DNA from: Vicinamibacterales bacterium
Lineage (GTDB): Bacteria > Acidobacteriota > Vicinamibacteria > Vicinamibacterales > UBA8438
Reading direction: 5' to 3'
Assembly (NCBI GenBank): GCA_965249105.1
Contig: OZ252219.1
Location: 2,455,108 to 2,519,107 of the forward strand
Length of the DNA: 64,000 nt
Position numbers and translations under genes: made by a program. The notes beneath the pieces are model-generated. The model worked only from the letters and a program-made list of their open reading frames with translations. It did not search any database and was not told where the DNA came from. Positions 55,167 to 64,000 of this stretch are shown here, one piece after another; the stretch's first letter is position 1; every line of letters starts with the position of its first letter.

Positions 55167-57449
55167 ATGACAGCACGGCTCATTTCCATCTTTGCGCTTG
55201 GCGTGTCCCTCGCCGCGTGTCAACCGCCGCCCGCCTCTTCGGTGTTTGGTCTGGCAGAACTCGTCACCGTCTCCACCCAAGGGATAGGCACCGACCTGAT
55301 GCTACCGCCGCTTCAGGGGTCTCTTGACCTTTTCGGTGAAGGATGGGAGACCAGGTCGGAGGAGGAAGCGCAGGCCGGAGGGCTGTGGGTAGAAGGCGAC
55401 CGCGCTGAGTTTCGCTTCTATGCAGCAATAGACGGACCACTAGTCCTCGATGCCGAGGCGCGCGGATTCGGCACCGCCGACCGGACACAGTCGGTCACGG
55501 TGCTTCTCAACGGTCACGCGGTCGAACGCGCGGCGATGAGTCAGGGCTGGGCACGGTACGAATGGGAGCTGCCCGCGGAACAGGTCGACATAGGCTGGAA
55601 CGTTGTCACGCTGTCGTTCGGCCAGGCACTTCGCCCGGCTGAGATCAACCCTGAGAGCTCCGATTCGCGCTTACTCGCGGCGCGGTTTCGACGACTTCGC
55701 GTCCGGTCGCCCTTCGGCCGTGGACTCTGGGCCGACCGACCGGCCTCCGCCACGGTGACGCCACCGTTCGTATCGCACGGCGACTCGGTCACGATCGGCA
55801 TGCCCACCGACAGTCACCTCGACCTCCACCTTGCACCCGACGAAAGGATGACGCTGACAGGCTTTGTGGATGCCATGGCGGCCGACCCCGGTGGGGAGCT
55901 GGAGGTCTGGGGTGCCGTCGAGCTTCAGGACGAGTCGGGTGAGATTCATCCACTGGTGGACTATGAGTATCGCGAGGAGCCGGAGTCCGCTTTTGCCGTC
56001 GACCTCGGGTCGTGGTCGGGTCAGACCGTTCGTCTTCGGCTCACGAGTTGGGGCCGCACCAACGGGACCGTGCAGTGGCACGATCTGACCGTCTCGACGC
56101 CGGCCGACAGTGCGGTAGCGGCCACAACCCCGCGGTCACAGTTGGTGGTCCCGCCGACGTCCGGTCGTCTGGGGACCCCCGATGTCGTCGTTATCGTTCT
56201 CGACGCTGCCCGTGCCGATGCCTTCGAGCATGGTCCATCCGAAACGCCCCACACCTCTGCCCTTGCGTCGGATGGGACGATGTTCGGACAGGCCATGGCT
56301 GCCGCGCCGTGGACGGGCCAGTCGATTCCCGCGCTGTTCACCGGACGATATCCTGGGGCGATCGGTATCGAGACGTGGGGGTCGCAGATCCCGGATGGCG
56401 TGCCGCTGCTCGCAGAGTTGGCCCAAGCGGCCGGGTACTACACCGTCCTGTGGAGTCAACACAACCTGTATCGCGGCAACGATTCCCTCCGGCGCGGATT
56501 CGATCTGTTCCGCGAGGTCCGCAGCGACGTCATTGCCGACCGCAGTCTCCTTCCCGATGCAGACGTGCTCTTTACGTCCGACCAGCCGACCTTTGCGATG
56601 GTACATCTCCTGCCGCCCCACACACCCTACGAGCCGCCGCCACCCTACGCGGGGAGCCGGAGCGCATGGTATACGGGTGATTTTCCAGCCGACGCCCGGT
56701 CGCTCAACCGCGCGGCGACACCTCTCGGTAGAAAGCCCACCGAGGACGACATCCGCTTCGTGAGAGCTCAATACGACGAGAACGTGCGATTCGCAGACCA
56801 CCTCGTCGGAGAACTCATTCGAACCGTACGCGACGCGGGCCGCTACGACGACGCCCTGATCGTCGTCACGTCCGACCACGGCGAGGCGTTCTTCGAACAC
56901 GGACGGTTCTTGCACACGCGGCTGCTCTACGACGAGTTTCTCCGGGTGCCCTTCATCGTCAAGTGGCCGTCTCGGGTGTCAGGCTTCCGCCCCTCAATCG
57001 ATTCGGTCGTGAGCTTGGTAGATCTCGCCCCCACGTTGACTGACGGACTCGGGCTCGACCTCGGGGAGGGGGTCGGTTTTCAGGGGCGCACTCTGCTTCC
57101 GACCATATTCGACGGTGAGGCGGCACGTCCTCTCGTTTTCGCCCAAACCCGCGGTGTGGCCCGGACCGACGCCAAACCGCGCCCGTTGAGGGCGGTCATT
57201 GGCGACCGCTCCGCCTTGATTCATGACGCGACGACAGCCGAAACCGAGCTTCTGGACCGCGGCTCGGATCGCGGAGAAGCAGTTGCGGGCGATGGCTCAC
57301 GACCGTTCGAGGCTTCCTACCTCTTGCAGCAGCTCAAACTCCAGCGTCAGCACAACGTGGTCAGCCTTGCCGAACACGTTCAGCAGCCAGAACAGGAGCT
57401 CGACGAGGAATCTCTCCGTCAGCTTCGGGCCCTCGGCTACGTCCGGTGA
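55167..57449 (+). CDS. Sulfatase-like / alkaline phosphatase superfamily lipoprotein with N-terminal beta-sandwich domains
   Basis: Lipobox SLAAC, VVVIVLDAARAD, HLLPPHTPY, TSDHGE, LYDEFLRVPFI, terminal LRQLRALGY. Confidence 0.82.
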   Translation: MTARLISIFALGVSLAACQPPPASSVFGLAELVTVSTQGIGTDLMLPPLQGSLDLFGEGWETRSEEEAQAGGLWVEGDRAEFRFYAAIDGPLVLDAEARGFGTADRTQSVTVLLNGHAVERAAMSQGWARYEWELPAEQVDIGWNVVTLSFGQALRPAEINPESSDSRLLAARFRRLRVRSPFGRGLWADRPASATVTPPFVSHGDSVTIGMPTDSHLDLHLAPDERMTLTGFVDAMAADPGGELEVWGAVELQDESGEIHPLVDYEYREEPESAFAVDLGSWSGQTVRLRLTSWGRTNGTVQWHDLTVSTPADSAVAATTPRSQLVVPPTSGRLGTPDVVVIVLDAARADAFEHGPSETPHTSALASDGTMFGQAMAAAPWTGQSIPALFTGRYPGAIGIETWGSQIPDGVPLLAELAQAAGYYTVLWSQHNLYRGNDSLRRGFDLFREVRSDVIADRSLLPDADVLFTSDQPTFAMVHLLPPHTPYEPPPPYAGSRSAWYTGDFPADARSLNRAATPLGRKPTEDDIRFVRAQYDENVRFADHLVGELIRTVRDAGRYDDALIVVTSDHGEAFFEHGRFLHTRLLYDEFLRVPFIVKWPSRVSGFRPSIDSVVSLVDLAPTLTDGLGLDLGEGVGFQGRTLLPTIFDGEAARPLVFAQTRGVARTDAKPRPLRAVIGDRSALIHDATTAETELLDRGSDRGEAVAGDGSRPFEASYLLQQLKLQRQHNVVSLAEHVQQPEQELDEESLRQLRALGYVR

Positions 57450-57489
57450 CATTCACAGCAACGATCCGAGAGACGGTGGAACCAACAAC

Positions 57490-57912
57490 ATGGGGACATA
57501 TCAAAACAAAACCGTAGAGACCAATGCCAGCGTGGAAGCGTTCGTTGGAGGGGTAAGGCCAGAGCGTCGTCGCAAGGATGCCGAAGTGTTGCTAAAGATG
57601 TTCAAGTCGATCACGCGAACCAAGCCGAAGATGTGGGGACCTACAATCATCGGATTCGGAAAGTATCACCATCGATACGAAAGCGGTCACGAATTTGACG
57701 GTGCCCTGGCCGCGTTCTCGCCAAGAAAAGCCAACCTCGTGTTTCATCTCGCTCGCAGCTTCCCTCGGTATGAGCGTCTGATGTCGAAGCTCGGGAAGCA
57801 CAAGCTTGGTGCGGGCTGCATGTACATCAACAAACTGGACGATGTAGATCTCGACGTACTGAGGGAGCTCGTGGCTGAGTCCTGGAAGTACATGCGAAAG
57901 AAGTACAGGTAG
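57490..57912 (+). CDS. DUF1801 domain-containing protein
   Basis: NKTVET, PKMWGPTIIGFGKYH, FSPRKANL, LGKHK.GAGCMYINKL. Confidence 0.88.
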   Translation: MGTYQNKTVETNASVEAFVGGVRPERRRKDAEVLLKMFKSITRTKPKMWGPTIIGFGKYHHRYESGHEFDGALAAFSPRKANLVFHLARSFPRYERLMSKLGKHKLGAGCMYINKLDDVDLDVLRELVAESWKYMRKKYR

Positions 57913-57973
57913 CCCAAGTAGACCCACCCGCGAACCGGCAACCGATCTGTGTTTGCTTGGTCTTCTAGCTGGT

Positions 57974-58000
57974 CTATAGTATCATTGTATGATACTATAG
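57974..58000. promoter_or_regulatory. 12-bp perfect dyad, probable GntR (YtrA-type) operator over a leaderless promoter
   Basis: CTATAGTATCAT-TGT-ATGATACTATAG. TACTAT (57993-57998) would place the transcription start at the ATG (58005). Confidence 0.75.
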
Positions 58001-58004
58001 TTAT

Positions 58005-58409
58005 ATGCTCTCGATTCGCCCCGACTCTGACGAGCCCCTCGCCGACCAGATCGTTCGAGGGCTCCGGGCGGCTTTGGCCAGGGGGGAACTCAAGCCGGGA
58101 GCCGAACTGCCGCCGGTCAGGCAGCTCGCCGCCGACCTCGGTATCAACCTCAACACGGTTGCTCGGGCCTACCGATCGCTGCAGCAAGCCGGCCTCGTTC
58201 ATACCGCCCGCGGCCGGGGGACCCACGTCACCGCCGCCATTGAGGTTCCAGGGGAATCCAAGGAGGTGACGAAAACTCGGCTCCGAGAGGCTGTCGTCAC
58301 CGTCGTGGCGGACGCGAAACTTTCGGGACTTGACCGGAGCGATGCGAAACAGGTCATCGAGGCGCAATTCGACGCGTTGTGGCCTCCAACGTCGGACGAG
58401 GCAGATTGA
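58005..58409 (+). CDS. GntR-family regulator (short, YtrA-like)
   Basis: PLADQI...LKPGAELPPVRQLAADLGINLNTVARAYRSL...RGRGTHV. Confidence 0.93.
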   Translation: MLSIRPDSDEPLADQIVRGLRAALARGELKPGAELPPVRQLAADLGINLNTVARAYRSLQQAGLVHTARGRGTHVTAAIEVPGESKEVTKTRLREAVVTVVADAKLSGLDRSDAKQVIEAQFDALWPPTSDEAD

Positions 58410-58560
58410 CATGGAGACGAGCCAACTAGTGGCCGCGGTCCTGATGATGGTGTCGCCAGCGTTGTTCGCCCTGAGCTATCAGCTCTACCACCCAATCCGG
58501 ACCCTTGATGTAGAGGACTCCAAGACACGAGGACTCCACATTGCGTTGTGGAGCATCACC

Positions 58561-60009
58561 GGTAGATTCAAACGGTCGTCGCAACACCTCAACGGTGAGG
58601 AGTTGCGATGGGAACACCGAAACGTCGTCGGTCACCCCGTGCGGGACGTCTTCCGATGCGGTCGCCGGGTCGTCCCACGGCGGGACGCCGTGAGCATCGG
58701 CGTCGGTTCTGGGAGGCGATCGCCTGCGGGTTGTCCAGCGAAGAGGCGGCGCTGGGGGCCGGCGTGTCCCAGCCGGTCGGAACGAGATGGTTCCGCGAAA
58801 GTGGAGGCATGCCGCCGATCAGCCTGGCCCCTCTGTCGGGGCGCTACCTGTCGTTTGCCGAACGAGACGAGATCGCCATCTTGCACGCCCAGCACTGCGG
58901 GGTTCGTGATATCGCTCGGCGAATCAGCCGGTCCCCGTCGACCATCTCTCGGGAGCTCCGTCGCAATGCGGCAACCCGCAGTGGCGGACTCGAGTATCGC
59001 GCGACGACCGCGCAGTGGCACGCCGACCTGAAGGCGAAAAGACCGCAGGTGGCGAAGCTCGCTGCACACGACGAACTGCGCCGGTACGTGCAAGACCGAC
59101 TCGCCGGCAGGATTACGGCCGCCGACGGGACGAGGGTGCCTGGTCCCCATGTGCACTGGAACGGTCGCCGCCACGGGCGCCGTCAAGACCGACGCTGGGC
59201 GGCGTCATGGAGTCCTGAGCAAATTGCCAACAGACTCAAGGTCGACTTCCCCGATGAGGAGTCGATGCGGATCTCCCACGAGGCCATCTACCAGGCGCTC
59301 TACGTGCAGGGACGAGGGGCACTGCGACGCGACCTGGTGGCGTGCTTGCGGACCGGCCGGGCGCTGCGCGTGCCAAGAGCACGGACACGAGGACGCGGCA
59401 AGGCGTTCGTCACTGCCGAAATCATGATCAGCAAGCGCCCCGCCGAAGCAGACGATCGGGCGGTCCCAGGACACTGGGAAGGTGACCTGATTGTCGGACT
59501 GGGGAGCTCTGCGATTGGGACCCTCGTGGAACGCACCAGCCGATTCACGAGGCTGCTGCATCTGCCTCGCATGGATGACTATGGGCAGCCTCGGATCAAG
59601 AACGGTCCCGCCCTGGCGGGGCATGGTGCCGAGGCCGTCCGAGACGCCATCGCGTCGTCGATCATCACGCTGCCCACGCAGCTTCGCCGTTCACTGACAT
59701 GGGACCAAGGCGCCGAGATGGCTCAACACGTTCAACTCCGAATCGACACCGGTCTGCCAATCTACTTCTGCGACCCACACAGCCCCTGGCAACGCGGCAC
59801 GAACGAGAACACCAACGGCCTGCTGCGGCAGTACTTTCCCAAAGGCACCGACCTGTCCAGACACTCTCGTGATGATCTTGACGCCGTTGCTGCTGCTCTC
59901 AACAGTCGCCCCCGCAAGACCCTCGGCTGGAAGACACCCGCGGAGGCACTTGGCGATCACCTATGCTCAATCACACAACGCGGTGTTGCGACGACACCTT
60001 GAACCCAAG
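58561..60009 (+). mobile_element. IS30-family insertion sequence, copy 2 (1449 bp)
   Basis: Same IRs as copy 1. ACC target duplication at 58558-58560 and 60010-60012. At least four substitutions versus copy 1. Confidence 0.95.
58608..60002 (+). CDS. IS30-family transposase
   Basis: 464 aa, differing from 17872-19266 at only a few residues. Confidence 0.95.
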   Translation: MGTPKRRRSPRAGRLPMRSPGRPTAGRREHRRRFWEAIACGLSSEEAALGAGVSQPVGTRWFRESGGMPPISLAPLSGRYLSFAERDEIAILHAQHCGVRDIARRISRSPSTISRELRRNAATRSGGLEYRATTAQWHADLKAKRPQVAKLAAHDELRRYVQDRLAGRITAADGTRVPGPHVHWNGRRHGRRQDRRWAASWSPEQIANRLKVDFPDEESMRISHEAIYQALYVQGRGALRRDLVACLRTGRALRVPRARTRGRGKAFVTAEIMISKRPAEADDRAVPGHWEGDLIVGLGSSAIGTLVERTSRFTRLLHLPRMDDYGQPRIKNGPALAGHGAEAVRDAIASSIITLPTQLRRSLTWDQGAEMAQHVQLRIDTGLPIYFCDPHSPWQRGTNENTNGLLRQYFPKGTDLSRHSRDDLDAVAAALNSRPRKTLGWKTPAEALGDHLCSITQRGVATTP

Positions 60010-60737
60010 ACCATTGCGTCGGTCGGAATATGGGCCGGTCTGTTTGCCGGGCGCCCCGATCCCTGGTCCGCAGGGTGGAGCGACGCCGTGAGGTGGCTCG
60101 TATCAGGCGGTCGCGTCGAGCGACTGGTGTGGTTGCTGTCCTTTCCACTGTGGTTTGGTGTCGCCATGCGGTTTCTGGTCCTGCACCGCCCCGAACCTCG
60201 TTCCGCGTTTCCCCAGAAAGGCGTGCGTCGTAGCGCACGACTCACTGCCCGTCCTGTCGTCGCTCCGATCTCCGCGGCCAGCTGGCGTTTTCTCTGGGGA
60301 GTATTCGGGTTCGCGGTCGTCGCCGTTGCCATGAGGGCGCTGCTACGGCTCCCGGGCGAGTCGTCCCTCTCTTTGGAAGGGGCCACGGTCGTCCTGTTAC
60401 TCACGTTGGTCCCCCTTGCTCTCGCTCCCGCAGCCGTGCGAACCGCGCTTCGAGATCCGGAACCGATAGACCCCGACGACTCACGAGAACTGAGCGACCT
60501 CTATGCCGTGCATCGCGTGTCGAAGGTCTGGGGCCTGTACTGGATCTTCCTCGGACTCGTCGCACTGCTGTCGTTCTCCGCGGTCTGCGGGGTCTGGGCC
60601 GCGGCTACCTCGAATACGGTGAGCACGGTCGTGGGTGTCGGCGGGAGCGCTGTGGGCGTTTGGGGCGCCGTCTTCGGGATTCACATGGCCAATCAGCGTT
60701 CTGGCATCAGACGGCTTCTTGATCGGGCGGTGAAACA

Positions 60738-61403
60738 ATGACTGGCACCTCGAACAGGACACCCCTCTGGCAGATCATCTCGATACTCCTCGGTGCGCCC
60801 ACGCTCCAGGCGTTTCTCTATGTTGCGAGCGGGGTCTCTTCCGCTACCTTCCGTCGCTTTACGTTCATCTGGGGCGCCACGACGGAGTACGCCGTCTTCG
60901 CCGTCGTCCTCCTCTTCCTCCGCCGGAGGCACGTCCGCCTCGCCGACCTTGGACTCAGGAGCGAAGGGTGGGGGCGGGAGGCATTGGTGGGGATAGCCGC
61001 TGGTGTTTCGCTGTTCGTCTTCTCCGGTATCCTCATGGTTTTGTTGGAGCCGATCTTGCCATCTACGCTCTCTTGAGAGGCTCGACCACCGTGGGCCGCT
61101 TGGGTGTATGCCTTCGCTCTGGTCACCGCATTCGCGCCGATCGAAGAGATCGTCTGGCGTGGCTATGCCAACCGATGCCTGGGCGAGCACATGCGGCGGT
61201 GGCAAGCGGTGCTGGTGGCGTCGTTGGCGTTTGGACTGATGCACTGGTGGGGTGGCCCCGCGCATATGGTCACGTCGGCGATCGTGGGGATGGCGTTCTC
61301 GGTGCTCTACTTGCGGAGACGCACCCTCGTGGCCAACATTGCGGCGCACTTCGTGTTGGACTTCCCGTTGTTTCTCTTCATGCTGTTTCCGTTGGCGACA
61401 TGA
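60738..61403 (+). pseudogene. CPBP (CAAX/Abi) intramembrane metalloprotease with an in-frame TGA
   Basis: PSTLS*EARPPWAAWVYAF. The stop at 61074-61076 precedes the intact EEIVWRG, FGLMH and AHFVLD motifs. Confidence 0.82.
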
Positions 61404-61529
61404 GGGGCCGGCATGCGGCATCGGCAGAGTCTGGACGAGCAGGGGCCGTCTCCGGATCAAAAGGTGTACGCTCGGGTGACGAGGTACAACTTCGATGCCT
61501 GCGCGACAACAGGAAAGAAGGAGCGACTT

Positions 61530-61789
61530 ATGCGCAGTCTTTTTCCCCCAATCCCGCACAATCTGGTGGACAAATGGTCGTCTGGCGTAACGACCACGGT
61601 GAGACGCATCGTATCGTGGCCAATGACGGGTCATTCGATACAGGTGACCTCGCTCCAGGCGCGACCAGCGCGATGATGCAGGTTCCTGGGAGTGGTCTCA
61701 ACTACCACTGCGAGATTCACCCGACCATGGTCGGCGGGATCGGGACCTCAGGCGGCGGCGCACCTCCACCATGCTCGGTCTACTGCTAG
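61530..61789 (+). pseudogene. Cupredoxin/plastocyanin-like protein lacking its N-terminus
   Basis: AQSFSPNPA...THRIV...YHCEIHPTMVG copper-ligand pattern. The RBS and ATG at 61530 are out of frame with it. Confidence 0.7.
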
Positions 61790-61791
61790 CG

Positions 61792-63144
61792 TTAGACGCT
61801 GGAGAGCGGTTCGAGCGGTAGCGGGCCGGTCGCATCACCGAACCGTTCGGTGTTGACGCCTCCGCGCTCGAGCATCGCCAGCAGCAGGTTGTTCATCGGC
61901 GTGTCTTTGGGGTGCCGGAGGATGCGGCCTCCCTTGACGCCTCCCGCGCCACCGACCATCACCAACGGTAGATCGATGTGCGAGTGCTCGTTGGCGTCGC
62001 TGATGCCTCCGCCGTGCAGAATCAGGGAGTGGGCGAGTAGCGTGCCGTCGCCTTCGGGCGTCGCCTTGAGCCGTTCGAGGAAATGAGCCGTGAGGGCCAC
62101 GTGATACTGGTTGATCTTGTGACCCTGCTGGAATTTGACCGCATCGTGTTGGTGGTGTGACACCGCGTGGTGGGCGGCGTTGACTCCGAGCTCAGGATAG
62201 GCGCGGTTGGTCTGTTCCTTCCCGAGCGTGAAGACGAAGACGCGGGTGATGTCGGCCTTGAAGGCCAGGGCCAGCAGGTCGAACATCAACCTGGCGTGCT
62301 CGTCATACGACTCTGGAACGCCGATCGGCCTGTCCGGCAGATCGAGGCTCGACGCTCCATGCTGTCGCTCGGCCACCTGGAGCCTCCGCTCGATCTCACG
62401 TACGGAGTCAAGATACTCGGTGACGCTGTTGCGGTCGCCGGGGCCCAGCTCTTTCTGGAGATCGGCGATGTCCGCCGACACCCAGTCCAGGATGCTCCGG
62501 TCCTCTCGCATATGAGCCAGCCGCTCCTCCGGCGTGGCTCCATCCCCGAACATACGCTGGAAAACGACCCGCGGGTTGGTTTCGTGCGGATTCGGGGTGG
62601 TGGGCGAGCGCCACGAGATGCTGTTGGTATAGACGCAACTGTAGCCGTTGTCGCAGTTCCCGATCAGATAGGTCTGCTCCATCGCCAGCTCGAGCGATGT
62701 CAAGGGCGTGTCGCCACCGATATGCTGAGCGGCAATCTGGTCGGCCGTGATGCCGTTTCTGACGTCAGCGCCTTCGGTTTCCTTCGGATGCACACCGCTC
62801 AGCCAGACCGTCCCGGCCCGCGAGTGCTCCCCGTTACCGTCGCCAAGCGCCTCAGCCTGCTTCTGACTGAGACCGATCGGTACGACCACTTGGTCTTGAA
62901 ACGGCGCCAGCGGTGAGAGCGTTGGCGAGAGCTCGGTCAGGGCGCCTTCGCCGTCCGGCTGCCAGTGGGACATCACGGCACCGTTCGGAATGTAGACAAA
63001 CCCCAGACGCCGGACTGGCGCCGCCGCCGTCTTGGCCAGTGCCGACGCGGCCGGGACCATCGCGTCGAGCAAAGGGAGCCCCAAGCCGATCCCCATGCCT
63101 CGCAGGAACGTCCGTCGAGGTAGCGCCTTCTTTGTGATGAACAT
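61792..63144 (-). CDS. DUF1552 domain-containing protein
   Basis: LPRRTFLRG...LPLLDAM, RRLGFVYIPNG, CDNGYSCVY, YLDSVREIERR. Confidence 0.9.
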   Translation of the reverse strand: MFITKKALPRRTFLRGMGIGLGLPLLDAMVPAASALAKTAAAPVRRLGFVYIPNGAVMSHWQPDGEGALTELSPTLSPLAPFQDQVVVPIGLSQKQAEALGDGNGEHSRAGTVWLSGVHPKETEGADVRNGITADQIAAQHIGGDTPLTSLELAMEQTYLIGNCDNGYSCVYTNSISWRSPTTPNPHETNPRVVFQRMFGDGATPEERLAHMREDRSILDWVSADIADLQKELGPGDRNSVTEYLDSVREIERRLQVAERQHGASSLDLPDRPIGVPESYDEHARLMFDLLALAFKADITRVFVFTLGKEQTNRAYPELGVNAAHHAVSHHQHDAVKFQQGHKINQYHVALTAHFLERLKATPEGDGTLLAHSLILHGGGISDANEHSHIDLPLVMVGGAGGVKGGRILRHPKDTPMNNLLLAMLERGGVNTERFGDATGPLPLEPLSSV

Positions 63145-63156
63145 GAGAAAACTCTC

Positions 63157-64000
63157 CTACTCGGCCGTCGGTTCGGCCCGGGCCATCCGCATCTGGAACG
63201 GGGTGCTGGTCACGACGCCCACAACAAGCGAGCTCAAGCTGTAGTCGTTCGACGCGGCTCCGCGTGTGATCTTTCGCACCGCGGGCATGTCATAGTACTC
63301 CACGCCTCGACCCAGCGCGTAGGTGAGCAGCTTTTCGGTCACGACCGTGGCCAACTGCTCGGGATTCCGCACCAGCTCCCGACGAAGGTCTGCTGGGCCG
63401 TCGAACGCCGTTCCGTCCGGCATCGCCCCTGACGCGTCGATCAGCCCACCCCCGGGCATCTGTCCGCGCCACCGCCCAACCGCATCGAAGTTCTCAAGAG
63501 CCAAACCCAAGGGGTCCATTATCCGGTGACAGCTTGCGCACACCGGATTCGCGCGATGCTCTTCCATCCGCTCGCGCATGGTCAATACCTTGCCGGAGTC
63601 GGTCTCCGGCTCCAGTTCCGGCACGTTGGCCGGTGGCGGTGGTGGCGGCGTGCCGAGGACGTTCTCGAGCACCCACTTGCCTCGTCCGACCGGCGAGGTG
63701 CGGTCGGGATAGGAGGTCACGGTCAGGATGCTGCCCTGCCCCAGAAGCCCACGGCGAGTTTCGTCGCTCAGGGTGACGCGGCGAAAACCGCTGCCGTACA
63801 CGTTCGTGATGCCGTAGTGCTTGGCCAAACGCTCGTTCAGAAAGGTGTAGTCCGCCGTCAACAGCTCGGTGACGCTGCGGTCTTCCCGCAAGATGCTGTC
63901 GAAAAAGAGCTTCGTCTCCTGGACGAAGTCTGCGCGCAGGCTTTCGCCGAAATCGGGAAACAGCACGTCCGACGGAAGCGCCCCGGAGATGTTTCGCAAC
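63157..64000 (-). CDS. DUF1592/DUF1588/DUF1585 (PSD-domain) protein, C-terminal part (runs off the window end)
   Basis: LLTADYTFLNERLAKHYG, RTSPVGRGKWVLENVLG, CASCH, GLALENFD, EKLLTYALGRG. Confidence 0.9.
   Translation of the reverse strand, partial: LRNISGALPSDVLFPDFGESLRADFVQETKLFFDSILREDRSVTELLTADYTFLNERLAKHYGITNVYGSGFRRVTLSDETRRGLLGQGSILTVTSYPDRTSPVGRGKWVLENVLGTPPPPPPANVPELEPETDSGKVLTMRERMEEHRANPVCASCHRIMDPLGLALENFDAVGRWRGQMPGGGLIDASGAMPDGTAFDGPADLRRELVRNPEQLATVVTEKLLTYALGRGVEYYDMPAVRKITRGAASNDYSLSSLVVGVVTSTPFQMRMARAEPTAE

Larger units (their letters stand above)
58411..60741 (+). pseudogene. Membrane protein downstream of gntR split by IS30 copy 2
   Basis: 58411-58560 (50 codons, ...ALWSIT) joins in frame to 60013-60741 (IASVGIWAG...DRAVKQ*), giving 292 aa after the IS is removed. 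Confidence 0.87.

Noticed and set aside
10719-61076. Stop-codon reassignment (alternative genetic code, selenocysteine or pyrrolysine) to explain the in-frame stops
   Set aside because: The internal stops are of all three types (TAG, TAA, TGA). All three codons also end intact genes here, the TGA sites are not at Cys-equivalent positions, and no SECIS-like hairpin was recognised.
148-63776. The many long overlapping or antisense ORFs in the six-frame track (e.g. 966-1733, 4918-5733, 5675-6631, 10671-11627, 21717-22994, 23714-25066, 29018-29872, 62167-62916)
   Set aside because: They are shadows of real genes in GC-rich DNA: Arg/Pro/Ala-rich, no motifs, and fully overlapping well-supported CDSs.
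1-64000. tRNA, rRNA, prophage, retron or DGR features
   Set aside because: None recognised. The only reverse transcriptase is embedded in canonical group II intron RNA domains, and no template/variable repeat pair or msr-msd was seen.

Overview
A GC-rich bacterial window of about 55 genes. The gene families point to Acidobacteriota, probably Vicinamibacteria: a VWFA-related protein, a Hanks kinase with a TolB-like propeller, PQQ propeller proteins, a DUF1552/DUF1592 pair and a PadR-membrane protein pair. This is inference, and a marine or host-associated lifestyle is only a guess. No rRNA, tRNA or CRISPR array was seen. Mobile DNA is dense: (i) a partial IS5/IS1182-like DDE element with a divergent DUF6788 gene and a palindrome between the two starts; (ii) two near-identical 1449-bp IS30-family copies with 3-bp target duplications, each breaking the membrane-protein gene downstream of a regulator (PadR, GntR); (iii) an IS630 element stacked in the same CTAG site as a 165-bp MITE, which has a second copy at 7987-8151; (iv) an apparently complete 2030-bp group II intron in phase 0 and sense orientation in an ABC-2 permease gene, with a readable EBS1-IBS1 match. 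About ten genes are damaged by nonsense codons, 1-nt indels, IS insertion or microhomology-type deletions, which suggests ongoing genome erosion, although some lesions may be read errors. Intact modules include purine salvage (NCS2 permease, hpt, NupC-type transporter), a TetR-controlled MMPL/LolA-like/outer-membrane cassette with two matching operators, and a periplasmic redox run (tandem cupin, SoxC-like Mo enzyme, cytochrome c, PQQ dehydrogenase with a DxD lanthanide-type motif, cyclase). All family names come from motif recognition, not database searches.
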